From: an uncultured Verrucomicrobiae bacterium
Lineage (GTDB): Bacteria; Verrucomicrobiota; Verrucomicrobiia; Limisphaerales; UBA11358
Assembly: GCA_963830235.1 (NCBI GenBank)
Contig: CAWHLR010000026.1
Coordinates: 4,792 to 68,791 of the forward strand
Reading direction: 5' to 3'
DNA: 64,000 bases
A program made the translations under genes and the position numbers. Below the pieces are notes generated by a model. That model was not told the origin of the DNA, did no database searches, and worked only from the letters and a program-made list of their open reading frames with translations. Below are positions 9,653 to 18,476 of this stretch, piece after piece (position 1 is the stretch's first letter; each line of letters starts with the position of its first letter).

Positions 9653-9861
9653 GTGCCGACCCGCTTGCGAACCTCACCAATGGAAACCCCTTTGCCGGCA
9701 TCAATATCGTGAACGGCTTCATCCAGCGAGCGCAGCAGGCGTTGTTCCTCCAGCGCTGTCAGTTCCGGCTCGCTTTGAGAATTGAGCCAGAGTTGCAAAG
9801 CCTTCCGTTCGCGGTTCGGAAGCTGGGCGACAGCGTCTTGAATTTCAACCAACGTGCTCAT
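9637..9861 (-). CDS. antitoxin partner of the ParE-like toxin
   Basis: 74 aa, overlapping and immediately upstream of the toxin gene, with a helical, charged sequence. Confidence 0.65.
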   Translation of the reverse strand: MSTLVEIQDAVAQLPNRERKALQLWLNSQSEPELTALEEQRLLRSLDEAVHDIDAGKGVSIGEVRKRVGTWAAK

Positions 9862-9885
9862 GGCAATGGAAAACTACCGCGCCGC

Positions 9886-9898
9886 TGCCAATTTGGCA
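9886..9898. promoter_or_regulatory. palindrome upstream of the TA operon (possible operator)
   Basis: tgccaatttggca is a 6-1-6 palindrome located 25 nt upstream of the antitoxin start. Confidence 0.3.
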
Positions 9899-10016
9899 AA
9901 CGGCAATTCAGTCGTGGTTAGCACGTTTTTGTGAGCCACTGCATCCTTTCGCACAGATAATTCCGCACATCTTCGAGACTCGCCTCTTCAAGTCGCCACT
10001 CCTTTACAAGGCTGGC

Positions 10017-10304
10017 TCATGCTGGCCTTTGCCTGCCCCCGAAGGGGGGTCGGCAATCCAGCACGGCTTTGACAAAAACCGTTCCGGATTCTTCGGTGTA
10101 GTAAACGGCATACGGAAGCCGTTTGGAAAGCAGGCGGTGATTGCCAAAAGCTTTCGGGTGAATTCCGGCGTATAACCGCAGCGAGCCGATGTCGGAGAAA
10201 AGCGAATCCAGAAAGTATTCGCCGAGGAATTCCTGCTGGCGTTCGAAATACTGGAAGCCGGCTTCCAGATCGTCCCGGACCGAGGGCAGGATGACGATTT
10301 TCAT
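10017..10304 (-). CDS. type II toxin, RelE/ParE family (second copy, different sequence)
   Basis: MKIVILPSVRDDLEAGFQYFERQQ...VFVKAVLDCR. The start ATG overlaps the upstream gene's stop codon (ATGA). Confidence 0.7.
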   Translation of the reverse strand: MKIVILPSVRDDLEAGFQYFERQQEFLGEYFLDSLFSDIGSLRLYAGIHPKAFGNHRLLSKRLPYAVYYTEESGTVFVKAVLDCRPPFGGRQRPA

Positions 10305-10518
10305 GTGAGCCGTTCGCGCAACTGTTTTTTGGCGGCTTCCCAATCCATGAACGATTCCCGCCGGACTTGATGTGTTCCTCGCGGTCGCGCAGGACATTGC
10401 CGTGCCACGCGGGCGACTCGAATTGCGCCTCGTCACGGCTCGCGCCGGCCCAAAGCGATTCCAGGTCGCGCATTTTTTCCGCGACGCTCGTCTGGTTCGC
10501 TGGCGGTGTGGTTTCCAT
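10301..10518 (-). CDS. addiction-module antitoxin component, apparently frameshifted near 10350
   Basis: METTPPANQTSVAEKMRDLESLWAG...ESPAWHGNVLRDREEHIKSG continues sensibly only after a frame shift, as ESFMDWEAAKKQLRERLT*, ending in ATGA overlap with the toxin. Confidence 0.5.
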
Positions 10519-10530
10519 GTCGCGATTTCA

Positions 10531-11643
10531 TCAACCCTTCTTGAAGAAATCTTTGATGACCGCGGCGACGCGCTGGATTTGCGGGTCGGTCAATTCAGGG
10601 AAAATCGGCAGGCTGAGGCATTCGCGCGCGGCTTTTTCGGCTACGGGAAAATCACCGGGCTTGTGGCCGAGGCTGGCATAGCATTTTTGCAGGTGCAGCG
10701 GCAGCGGGTAATGCAGCGCGCAACCGACGCCATTGGCTTCGAGATGTTTCTTCAAATCATCGCGGCGCGGATGGCGCACGACGTAGAGATGATACGCGCT
10801 TTCGGCCCAGGCGGCTTCGCGCGGCAGTTGCAGCGGGGTGTCCGCCAGCAGTTCATGGTAGCGATGCGCCACGCGGCGGCGTTCCGCCGTCCATTTCACC
10901 AGATGTTTCAGCTTCACGCCGAGCACCGCGCCCTGAATGCCTTCCATCCGGTAATTGTATCCGACTTCGTCGTGATAATAACGCACGGTGGAGCCGTGTT
11001 CGCGGAGGGCGCGGGCGCGTTTGTCGAAAGCCGGGTTGTTGGTCAACAGCGCGCCGCCCTCGCCGCAGGCGCCGAGGTTCTTGCCCGGATAAAAACTGAA
11101 GCAGGAAATTTCGCCGAACGTGCCGACGATTTTGCCCTTGTATTTTGCGCCGTGCGATTGGGCGGTGTCTTCAACGAGCGGCAGCTTGTGTTTGCGGCAA
11201 ATCGCCAGGATCGGATCGAGGTCGAACGGATGGCCGTAGAGATGCACAGGCATGACGGCCTTGGTGCGCGGCGTGATGGCGCGTTCGACCAGTTTGGGGT
11301 CGAGATTGAAGATGGCGTCGTCAACATCCACAAAGACCGGTTTCGCGCCGACGTAGGAAATCGCCCAGCTCGTGGCGACAAACGTGAAGGGCGTGGTGAC
11401 GACCTCGTCGCCAGGGCCGACGCCGAGCAGCAGCATGGCCACGTGCAACGCCGAGGTGCCGCTGTTGAATCCGGCACAGTGTTCCGCGCCGATGAATTTG
11501 GCGAAGTCCTTTTCAAACTGCGCCACGTCGGGGCCGAGGCAAAAGGAGCAGTTGTCAATGGTCCGCGCAACGGCGGCGTCCAGTTCTTTGCGGAGCGGGC
11601 GCAATTGCGCCACCAGGTCGAGATAGGGAATTTTGTCGTCCAT
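10531..11643 (-). CDS. DegT/DnrJ/EryC1/StrS-family sugar aminotransferase
   Basis: IPYLDLVAQLRPLRKELDAAV, GDEVVTTPFTFVATS, and a PLP-type fold pattern. Confidence 0.85.
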   Translation of the reverse strand: MDDKIPYLDLVAQLRPLRKELDAAVARTIDNCSFCLGPDVAQFEKDFAKFIGAEHCAGFNSGTSALHVAMLLLGVGPGDEVVTTPFTFVATSWAISYVGAKPVFVDVDDAIFNLDPKLVERAITPRTKAVMPVHLYGHPFDLDPILAICRKHKLPLVEDTAQSHGAKYKGKIVGTFGEISCFSFYPGKNLGACGEGGALLTNNPAFDKRARALREHGSTVRYYHDEVGYNYRMEGIQGAVLGVKLKHLVKWTAERRRVAHRYHELLADTPLQLPREAAWAESAYHLYVVRHPRRDDLKKHLEANGVGCALHYPLPLHLQKCYASLGHKPGDFPVAEKAARECLSLPIFPELTDPQIQRVAAVIKDFFKKG

Positions 11644-11773
11644 TTCGGCGCTGAAAATAATCCGGTTGCGCGGCAATTAACAATCCAAATATTCCACGGT
11701 GTGTGCGGCGGCGGTCTGCGACCGTCACAATTCGGCCTTTGGAGGAGGCGATGCTCATAGAACGCCGCAACAA

Positions 11774-12769
11774 TTATTTTATGTTTTGCAAGGTGGCCAG
11801 AACCTGTTCCGGCGAAATTGCCGCCAGGCAGAAATTCGCGCTTTGACAAACGCTCCTGCCGGGACCACATGGACACAAACTACCCGTCAGGATGCGGTGG
11901 CGCGAGCCGATCGGCGCCCACCGCGCGGGGTCGCTGGGGCCAAACAGCGCGATGGTCGGCACGCCCGCTCCGGCGGCAAAATGCAGCGGGCCGGTGTCAC
12001 CGGTAATCAAAACTTCCGCCCGTTTCAACAGCGCGAGAAACAAGGCCAGCTCGGGCACGGCCGGCAACACCGTCGCGGCCGGGGCGAGTTTTTTTAATTC
12101 GTCCGTCAAGGATTGTTCCCGCGCGCCGGTCGCGGTGGTAAAGGCAAGCCGTTGCCCGGCGGCAGCGGCCAGGTGATAAAGATCCGCCCATTGCCGGACG
12201 GGCCACTGCCGGTTCGGCTGGCTCGAAGCCATGTGGCAAAGAACGGTTCGCTGCGGTAGCAACTCCGCCGCCAGCGCGTCCTTCGCCGGGTCGGTCCGGA
12301 TTTCCAGCTCCAGCGAAGATGGTGGCGCGATGCCCCACGCGGACAAAGCGTGCGCCATTCGCAGCGACTCGTACTGCGTCACCGGCGCTGTCGGCACGCG
12401 CTGGTTGTAACAAAAGCGCCGGCCCAAAAAACCGCCCGGTTCCAGCAACCCCAGCCGCTGTCGCGCGCCGCAGAGGAAGCTGAGGATGGCACCGCGATCA
12501 TTGCCGGCAAAATCCACGGAGCGGTCAAACCGTTCGCGGCGCAGGGCGCGGATGATGGGCCAGGTTTGGCCCGGCTTTGCGCTTCCGCGCCGGCGCGGCA
12601 TTGGCCACACCCGATTGATCCAGGGCAGGCCGTTGAAAATGGGCGCAACGGCCTCCAACACCAGCACGTGCAATTCGCCGTTCGGAAAATGGCCGCGAAT
12701 TGCCCGCAGCGCCGGGGTCATCAGCACGGCATCGCCGAAGTATTTGAACTGGAGGGCGAGGATTTTCAT
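11774..12769 (-). CDS. glycosyltransferase family 9 (heptosyltransferase-like)
   Basis: MKILALQFKYFGDAVLMTPALRAI and a C-terminal ITGDTGPLHFAAGAGVPTIALFGPS motif. Confidence 0.85.
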   Translation of the reverse strand: MKILALQFKYFGDAVLMTPALRAIRGHFPNGELHVLVLEAVAPIFNGLPWINRVWPMPRRRGSAKPGQTWPIIRALRRERFDRSVDFAGNDRGAILSFLCGARQRLGLLEPGGFLGRRFCYNQRVPTAPVTQYESLRMAHALSAWGIAPPSSLELEIRTDPAKDALAAELLPQRTVLCHMASSQPNRQWPVRQWADLYHLAAAAGQRLAFTTATGAREQSLTDELKKLAPAATVLPAVPELALFLALLKRAEVLITGDTGPLHFAAGAGVPTIALFGPSDPARWAPIGSRHRILTGSLCPCGPGRSVCQSANFCLAAISPEQVLATLQNIK

Positions 12770-12834
12770 AGTGGCACGGGCATCTTGCCCGTGCATTTCA
12801 AATTTTTATCGAACCGGCGGGACGCCTGTGCCAC
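12768..12834. repeat. REPIN doublet (GTGGCAC family)
   Basis: aTAGTGGCACGGGCATCTTGCCCGTGC faces GGCGGGACGCCTGTGCCAC. It has the same two half-types (ATCTT loop and TCC loop) as the element in the kinase gene. Confidence 0.8.
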
Positions 12835-12837
12835 CGT

Positions 12838-14652
12838 TCACGAGGCGAATTGCAATTCGTAAAGTTTTTGATAAACGCCGCCGCGCCGGACCAGTTCCGC
12901 GTGCGTGCCGGTCTCCACAATGCGGCCCTGATCCAGTACCACAATTAAATCCGCGTGCAGAATGGTCGAGAGGCGGTGCGCGATGCAAATCGTGGTGCGG
13001 GCCTTCATCAATCCGTCGAGTGCTTCCTGCACCGCCCGTTCGGACTCGGTGTCGAGCGCGCTGGTGGCCTCGTCGAGAATAAGAATCGGCGCATTGCGCA
13101 GCACGGCGCGGGCGATGGCGAGGCGCTGGCGCTGTCCGCCGGAAAACATGACGCCTTTTTCGCCGATCATGGAATCGTAACCTTTCGGGCTGGCCATGAT
13201 GAAATCGTGCGCGTTCGCGTGCCGGGCGGCGGCGATGATTTCCTCCTGCGTGGCGCCGGGCCGGCCGAGCTCAATGTTCCGGCTGACGGTGTCGTTGAAG
13301 AGGATGATTTCCTGGGTGACGACGGCCATCTGGCTGCGCAGATCGCGCGTGGTCACATCGCGAATGTCCACGCCGCCGATGCGAATGGCGCCGCGCGTGG
13401 GGTCGTAAAAGCGGAGCAGCAGATTGGAAAGGGTCGTTTTGCCGGAGCCGCTGGCGCCGACGAGCGCCACCATGCGGCCGGCGGGAACCGTGAGCTGGAT
13501 GTCCGTCAGCACCTCCTTGTCGCCGTAGGCGAAACAGACATGGTCGAAGCAAACCGCCGCGCCCGCCGCGCGCAGGGGCACGGGTTGGGCCGGTTCGCGC
13601 ACGGAATTTTCCATGGCCAGCAAATCGAAGACGCGCTGGCTGGCGGCGCGCGCCTGTTGCAACTGGCTCTGGACGCGGATGAGATTTTTGATGGGGCGAT
13701 ACATGAAGAACACCCCGATGGCAAAAGGAACAAATTTGACGGCGTGAGAACTCGGCTGAAAGGCGAAGTAGAGGCACATCAGGGCGACGCCGATGGCGGC
13801 GAGAAATTCATTCAGCGGCCCGGGAATTTCCTCCGAGCGGACGATGCGCATGCGGTGGCTGACAAAGCGTTGGGAAACCTCCTTGAATTGTTGAACCGCC
13901 TTTTCTTCGAGGTTGTAGGCCTTGATGATGCGGTTGCCGGTGAAGGATTCATGCATCACCGTTGACAGTTCGGAGTAACTGTTCTGGATGATGGTGCTGG
14001 ATTTGCGCACTTTGCGGCTGTAGATGACGATGGGGATGAGACAAACAGGAAAAATCAGCGCTATGACCAGCATGAGCTTGGCGTCCAAATACAACAAGCC
14101 CGCCAGGCAGCCCATTACCGTCACCGGATCCTTTACCACCACCGCCAGCGGCGCGGTGATGGTGTTCTGCAATGAGATGGTGTCCGAGTTGAGGCGCGAC
14201 ATCAGATCGCCGGTGCGGGACTGGACAAAAAAGCCGACGGAAAGGTTTTGGAGGTGGGCAAACAGCCGGGTGCGCAGGTCGGTGATGGCGCGGATGGCGA
14301 CCCATTGCAGGCAATACACATTCAGATACGCGAACAGGCCGCGCAGGATGAACATGAACGGGATCAGCAAAATCACGAGAATTTTCACCCCGGCAGTGGG
14401 CGCGGAGCCGGCTTGGGTAAACCAATCGGCGATCGTATGCGCAACGGTTTGCAACCAGGGTGACAGATTTTTCAGCACGGTCTCGGCGCTGTCCGCGCCT
14501 CCGCCGGTAAAGACCACCAGCCCCACCAGTGGAATGACCAGCATCAGCAGCGGGTCAACCAGGCCGCTCAGGAATCCAAATAAAATGCCCAAGGCCAGGC
14601 GCAACCGGTACGGCTTGGCCAGTCCCAGCAATCGGTGGAGAAATTCAATCAT
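12838..14652 (-). CDS. msbA: ABC transporter permease/ATPase, MsbA-like lipid exporter
   Basis: Six-TM N-domain, Walker A GASGSGKTT, signature LSGGQRQR, Walker B ILILDEATSALD. Confidence 0.85.
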   Translation of the reverse strand: MIEFLHRLLGLAKPYRLRLALGILFGFLSGLVDPLLMLVIPLVGLVVFTGGGADSAETVLKNLSPWLQTVAHTIADWFTQAGSAPTAGVKILVILLIPFMFILRGLFAYLNVYCLQWVAIRAITDLRTRLFAHLQNLSVGFFVQSRTGDLMSRLNSDTISLQNTITAPLAVVVKDPVTVMGCLAGLLYLDAKLMLVIALIFPVCLIPIVIYSRKVRKSSTIIQNSYSELSTVMHESFTGNRIIKAYNLEEKAVQQFKEVSQRFVSHRMRIVRSEEIPGPLNEFLAAIGVALMCLYFAFQPSSHAVKFVPFAIGVFFMYRPIKNLIRVQSQLQQARAASQRVFDLLAMENSVREPAQPVPLRAAGAAVCFDHVCFAYGDKEVLTDIQLTVPAGRMVALVGASGSGKTTLSNLLLRFYDPTRGAIRIGGVDIRDVTTRDLRSQMAVVTQEIILFNDTVSRNIELGRPGATQEEIIAAARHANAHDFIMASPKGYDSMIGEKGVMFSGGQRQRLAIARAVLRNAPILILDEATSALDTESERAVQEALDGLMKARTTICIAHRLSTILHADLIVVLDQGRIVETGTHAELVRRGGVYQKLYELQFAS

Positions 14653-14715
14653 GCCAACTGCCGGAGTTTGCCGAAAAACCGGCCCGTCTTACCAGACTTT
14701 TTACGGGTTTTGTAT

Positions 14716-15504
14716 TCAACGGGCAACCCGTTTATAAATTTTTTGAAACCATGCCGTTTTGCGCAAACGGCGATAAAGACGGGCGTGAGGCGGCAGCGGC
14801 CAGTTCTTGTGGATGTAATGGGCGTGTTTGTAGGTGGCCCGCAGATGGCCGTGGTTTTGCATCCACGAGTCAACCCGCTTCTCAAAGAGTTCGCCGCCAT
14901 ACTTCGGGTAGCGCGCGGAGGCGGGATGCGATTCGTTGTAGATGCGCTGGCGGAATTCCTCCGTGCGAACGAGGTAACATTGGTCAGAAAAACCGCCGGC
15001 TTCAATATGGAAATCGCCGGTTTCCTCCGCAGCTCCTTTTTTTGCCATACAATGATGTTTTTCCCAGTCAAGGTTGCACACCTTGACCCGCGAATCCTGC
15101 GACATCAATTGCACCGCTCTGGACACCCAGTCATAAGTGGCAGCCGGGATGCAATCGCCGGCGTAATGCAGAAGAAAATCGGAGCGGCACAAAAATATTC
15201 CCACGAGTTCGGCGATGGAATAGGAATAACCGATTCCCAGCGATTCGCGGCTGATGGCGAAGAAATCCAACGCTTCGACGGCGTGTTCCTCCACGAGAAT
15301 GAATTTGGAAATCCAGCCTTGCGCGACGGCGCGATCCGCTTGCCGGCAGACCACAGCGGGATGGGTGACGTTGTTGATCATCAGGATTTTTTCACTGAAG
15401 GGCCATGCGTTCCGTTCCGCCAGCAGGCGCAACCGTTCGCCGTCGAGAACGCGCTGCCAGTCCTGTTCCCAGCATTTCGTTTCGAGGGTAACGGTTGGCG
15501 TCAT
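14716..15504 (-). CDS. hypothetical protein within the glycan cluster
   Basis: Long ORF with coding-like composition on the same strand as its neighbours. I recognise no motif. Confidence 0.5.
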   Translation of the reverse strand: MTPTVTLETKCWEQDWQRVLDGERLRLLAERNAWPFSEKILMINNVTHPAVVCRQADRAVAQGWISKFILVEEHAVEALDFFAISRESLGIGYSYSIAELVGIFLCRSDFLLHYAGDCIPAATYDWVSRAVQLMSQDSRVKVCNLDWEKHHCMAKKGAAEETGDFHIEAGGFSDQCYLVRTEEFRQRIYNESHPASARYPKYGGELFEKRVDSWMQNHGHLRATYKHAHYIHKNWPLPPHARLYRRLRKTAWFQKIYKRVAR

Positions 15505-15520
15505 AAGAAAACCGGGAGAG

Positions 15521-16459
15521 CTAACGCTTGGCTTCTCCGCCGCTTTTGGGGGTTGCGCATGCCAGCTTGAAATCCACCTTGCCATCCCAATAATCGCGCA
15601 GGAACCGTTTCATCTCATCGCGCAGCCAGTCGGCGTCATACATGGAGTCCATTTTGCGGGCCTGTCCGTAAATCTGACCGCTATACCATTGGTGATAGGC
15701 CATCGGGGAGCCGTTGAAATTATAAACATGTCCCAGGCCGTAGCCGGTGTGCGCCGAGTCCAGGGTCAGTACCCCATCCGGCTGGTTGCGACGAACCAGT
15801 TCGGTCATGCCATAATAGCGTTCCAAGGGATGCTTTCCCCATTCGGCGTGCCAGATGAAAGGCTTGTTTGACCAGGCGCGAATGCGTGACACGTCCATCA
15901 CCATCAGGCTGGCATGGACGAATTCCGGTCGCGTGCGGAAGGAATGCCCCGCTGCCTTCGGATACCGCGCGCAGAAGTTGGCGTGAGTGGCAAGAAATTC
16001 GTCGCGCGGGCCCACAAGCATCTTTCCTGATCCAACCAGTTGGATGAGCAGATCCAGACGGGACAGCAGCACGCAATCCTGATCCAGAAAAACAGCCACG
16101 CGGCTGCGGACCTTCCGAAACATATAATTCAACAATCCCGTGTGCCGGTGTTTGCCCACCAGCGGATGCAGCTCGGCGCGATGCCGCCGGCAAACGGCTT
16201 TGGCCGCGACATACTCACGCCACGCCGAGCTGGCGTCAGCGACGATGACCCTTGCTTCGGGATGAAAACGACGCACAGCATGCAGGGTGGCGTCGAGAAA
16301 TTCTGGAGAATTGAAATGAGCGATGCAGAACGTCAGCGAATCCCGATTCGCCGACAGGATATTTCGCGTCAGCATGATCCGGAAACGGACCATTTCGCCG
16401 AATCGCGCAAAGACCCTCCGATCCATGTTGCATTGCAGGCCGCTGTTGGTTGTCGTCAT
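15521..16459 (-). CDS. putative glycosyltransferase (GT-A-like)
   Basis: FCIAHFNSPEFLDATLHAVRRF...VIVADASS...FLDQDCVLL resembles a GT2-type N-terminal pattern. It shares a 4-nt overlap with the upstream gene. Confidence 0.55.
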   Translation of the reverse strand: MTTTNSGLQCNMDRRVFARFGEMVRFRIMLTRNILSANRDSLTFCIAHFNSPEFLDATLHAVRRFHPEARVIVADASSAWREYVAAKAVCRRHRAELHPLVGKHRHTGLLNYMFRKVRSRVAVFLDQDCVLLSRLDLLIQLVGSGKMLVGPRDEFLATHANFCARYPKAAGHSFRTRPEFVHASLMVMDVSRIRAWSNKPFIWHAEWGKHPLERYYGMTELVRRNQPDGVLTLDSAHTGYGLGHVYNFNGSPMAYHQWYSGQIYGQARKMDSMYDADWLRDEMKRFLRDYWDGKVDFKLACATPKSGGEAKR

Positions 16460-17529
16460 GGTTGTTTGCCGCTGGTGCTGCTACAACCCGTCAACATTTG
16501 CCAGCCGATGCCGGCGATGCGAATGGTTCGAAGCAGATAATCTATGGATATTTGTCGTCGTCGCCGCGGCAGTGTGAACAATGCAGCCAGCAGGCAGACA
16601 GCCATGTGAAACGGTGTAATGATAATCCGGCCAAGCCGGTAGGCGGTTCGCGAAAATCTTCCCAGGTTTCCGTGCAAGCGGAGCAGGGCAACTGAGCGGC
16701 CCTCGTCGAAAGCAATTCCCGCCAGCGTGCGAAAATTGAGGCGGCCGGCTGGAAGCAGGTGAGAAATGCGGGCGGCCGGAAGCCACCAGATTTCGTAGCC
16801 CGCCTTGTGCAACCGGATGTTCAAATCGCTGTCTTCGTAACGCATCAGACTGGTATCAAACCCGCCGAAAGAGAGGGCCAGTTTCCGGCGATAGGCACAG
16901 TTGCCGCCGGCCAGATTTGTCCCGCAGGTCAAAATGCGCTTCTCGCCGCCAACATCAAACCCACCGTAATTCGGATTCATCCAAGTCGGCGGCGGAATTT
17001 CATGCTGCGCAATGTAAGGACCGCCTACACAGCCAATTCGGCCGGAAGGCAAATGTTTGAAAAAATCCGCATAAGCCTGCAACCAGCCCGCGTCCGCCAG
17101 TTCGTCGTCATCAAAAAATACGATGTATTCCCCCCTGGCATTGGCAAGCGCAGCATTGCGAGCGAAAGAAATACCAAGTCTTGGCTCGCGCCAGATTTTC
17201 ACACGCGAATCGGCCGCCGCCAGCCGTGCGGTGATCTCCGCCGTTTCGTCCGTTGAAGCGTTGTCCACAATCAGAAGTTCCGCCTCATCCGTTATTTGCG
17301 GCAAAACACTGGCGATGGCGCGTTGCAGGAGATTCGCGCGGTTCCGCGTGCAGATGGCCACCGTAATCAGTGGCGCGGTCGTTGCGGGGGGATTTATCAT
17401 CGGTTTGTTTCCGGTCACGGCGGCGTCCTTTGTCTGGTTTTGATCGTTCATCCTGCGAACACGGCTTTGTTGACATTGATGTTGGAAATACCGCGCCCAG
17501 AAGTTAGAATTTCCCATCTGGTTGTCCAA
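16456..17529 (-). CDS. glycosyltransferase family 2 (start uncertain, possibly 17451)
   Basis: ITVAICTRNRANLLQRAIASVLPQ...LLIVDNASTDETAE...FFDDDE. Confidence 0.8.
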   Translation of the reverse strand: MDNQMGNSNFWARYFQHQCQQSRVRRMNDQNQTKDAAVTGNKPMINPPATTAPLITVAICTRNRANLLQRAIASVLPQITDEAELLIVDNASTDETAEITARLAAADSRVKIWREPRLGISFARNAALANARGEYIVFFDDDELADAGWLQAYADFFKHLPSGRIGCVGGPYIAQHEIPPPTWMNPNYGGFDVGGEKRILTCGTNLAGGNCAYRRKLALSFGGFDTSLMRYEDSDLNIRLHKAGYEIWWLPAARISHLLPAGRLNFRTLAGIAFDEGRSVALLRLHGNLGRFSRTAYRLGRIIITPFHMAVCLLAALFTLPRRRRQISIDYLLRTIRIAGIGWQMLTGCSSTSGKQP

Positions 17530-17631
17530 TGAAATATGTCACATCTGCGCGTCGGAGCGACGGATGTTATCATGCGCACGGCTTTTCGGGTTAATTGGAT
17601 TTCCGCCTGACGCCGGGCTTTTGGAAAAATT

Positions 17632-18441
17632 ATGAGCGTTTCTGTCGAATACAAGGGCAGGTTTGGAAACTGGATGTTTCAATACGCCTGTGCCCGGAGC
17701 TTTGCTTTGCAAAACGGGCTCAAACTGGAAACAAACTTTCCCGATTGCCCAATTTTGTCCGCAACGGCGCATCCGGACGGGCGCTCCATCGCCGGCCAGC
17801 CGCAGGTCATCACCGATGATGACGCCGGCCTCTTTTCTCATCCATACCCGCCTGCCAGATATGTCCTGCGCGGATTTTTCCAGCGGCCGGAATGGTATGA
17901 AAACAGGGCGGAAATAAAAAAATTCTTCCTGCTCAAGGAGGAGCACAGGCAGGAACAAAACAGCACGGACATCGTAATCAATTTGAGGCTGGAGGATTAT
18001 AAACGCGTCCATTGCGTCATCCGTCCGGAATGGTATTTGAACATTCTCAAACAGGAATCGTTCCGCAAGCTGTATATCACCGGGACATACGACCTGTCCC
18101 AGTCCTTTGACCGGAAGTATCTTGGCTTGTTCTCGTCTTATTCGCCCATCCTGATCCCGCCCGACCCGGTTCAGAATTTTTATTTCCTGATGAGCTTCGA
18201 CAAAATCATCTGCTCCAACAGCACCTTCTGCTGGTGGGCGGCTTGGTTTGGCGAAGCGTCCAGAATTTATACGATCAAAAACTGGACCAACAACAGCCTT
18301 CCTTGGGCGAAACCTTCCAATCTTCGGCACGCCATCCAAGTGCCCGGCACGCTCATGACTGGGGCGGCAACGACACCAATCTCATTTGGCGTCCTCCGAC
18401 AATGGGACAGGCTCCGAAATCTGACGAGGCGGTCACGTTAA
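17632..18441 (+). CDS. GT11-like alpha-1,2-fucosyltransferase
   Basis: GRFGNWMFQYACARSFA near the N-terminus and CSNSTFCWWAAWFG near the C-terminus match the GT11 motifs as I recall them. Confidence 0.7.
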   Translation: MSVSVEYKGRFGNWMFQYACARSFALQNGLKLETNFPDCPILSATAHPDGRSIAGQPQVITDDDAGLFSHPYPPARYVLRGFFQRPEWYENRAEIKKFFLLKEEHRQEQNSTDIVINLRLEDYKRVHCVIRPEWYLNILKQESFRKLYITGTYDLSQSFDRKYLGLFSSYSPILIPPDPVQNFYFLMSFDKIICSNSTFCWWAAWFGEASRIYTIKNWTNNSLPWAKPSNLRHAIQVPGTLMTGAATTPISFGVLRQWDRLRNLTRRSR

Positions 18442-18476
18442 TTGTTTAGGGCGATCGGGGCGATCATTTTATCGCA

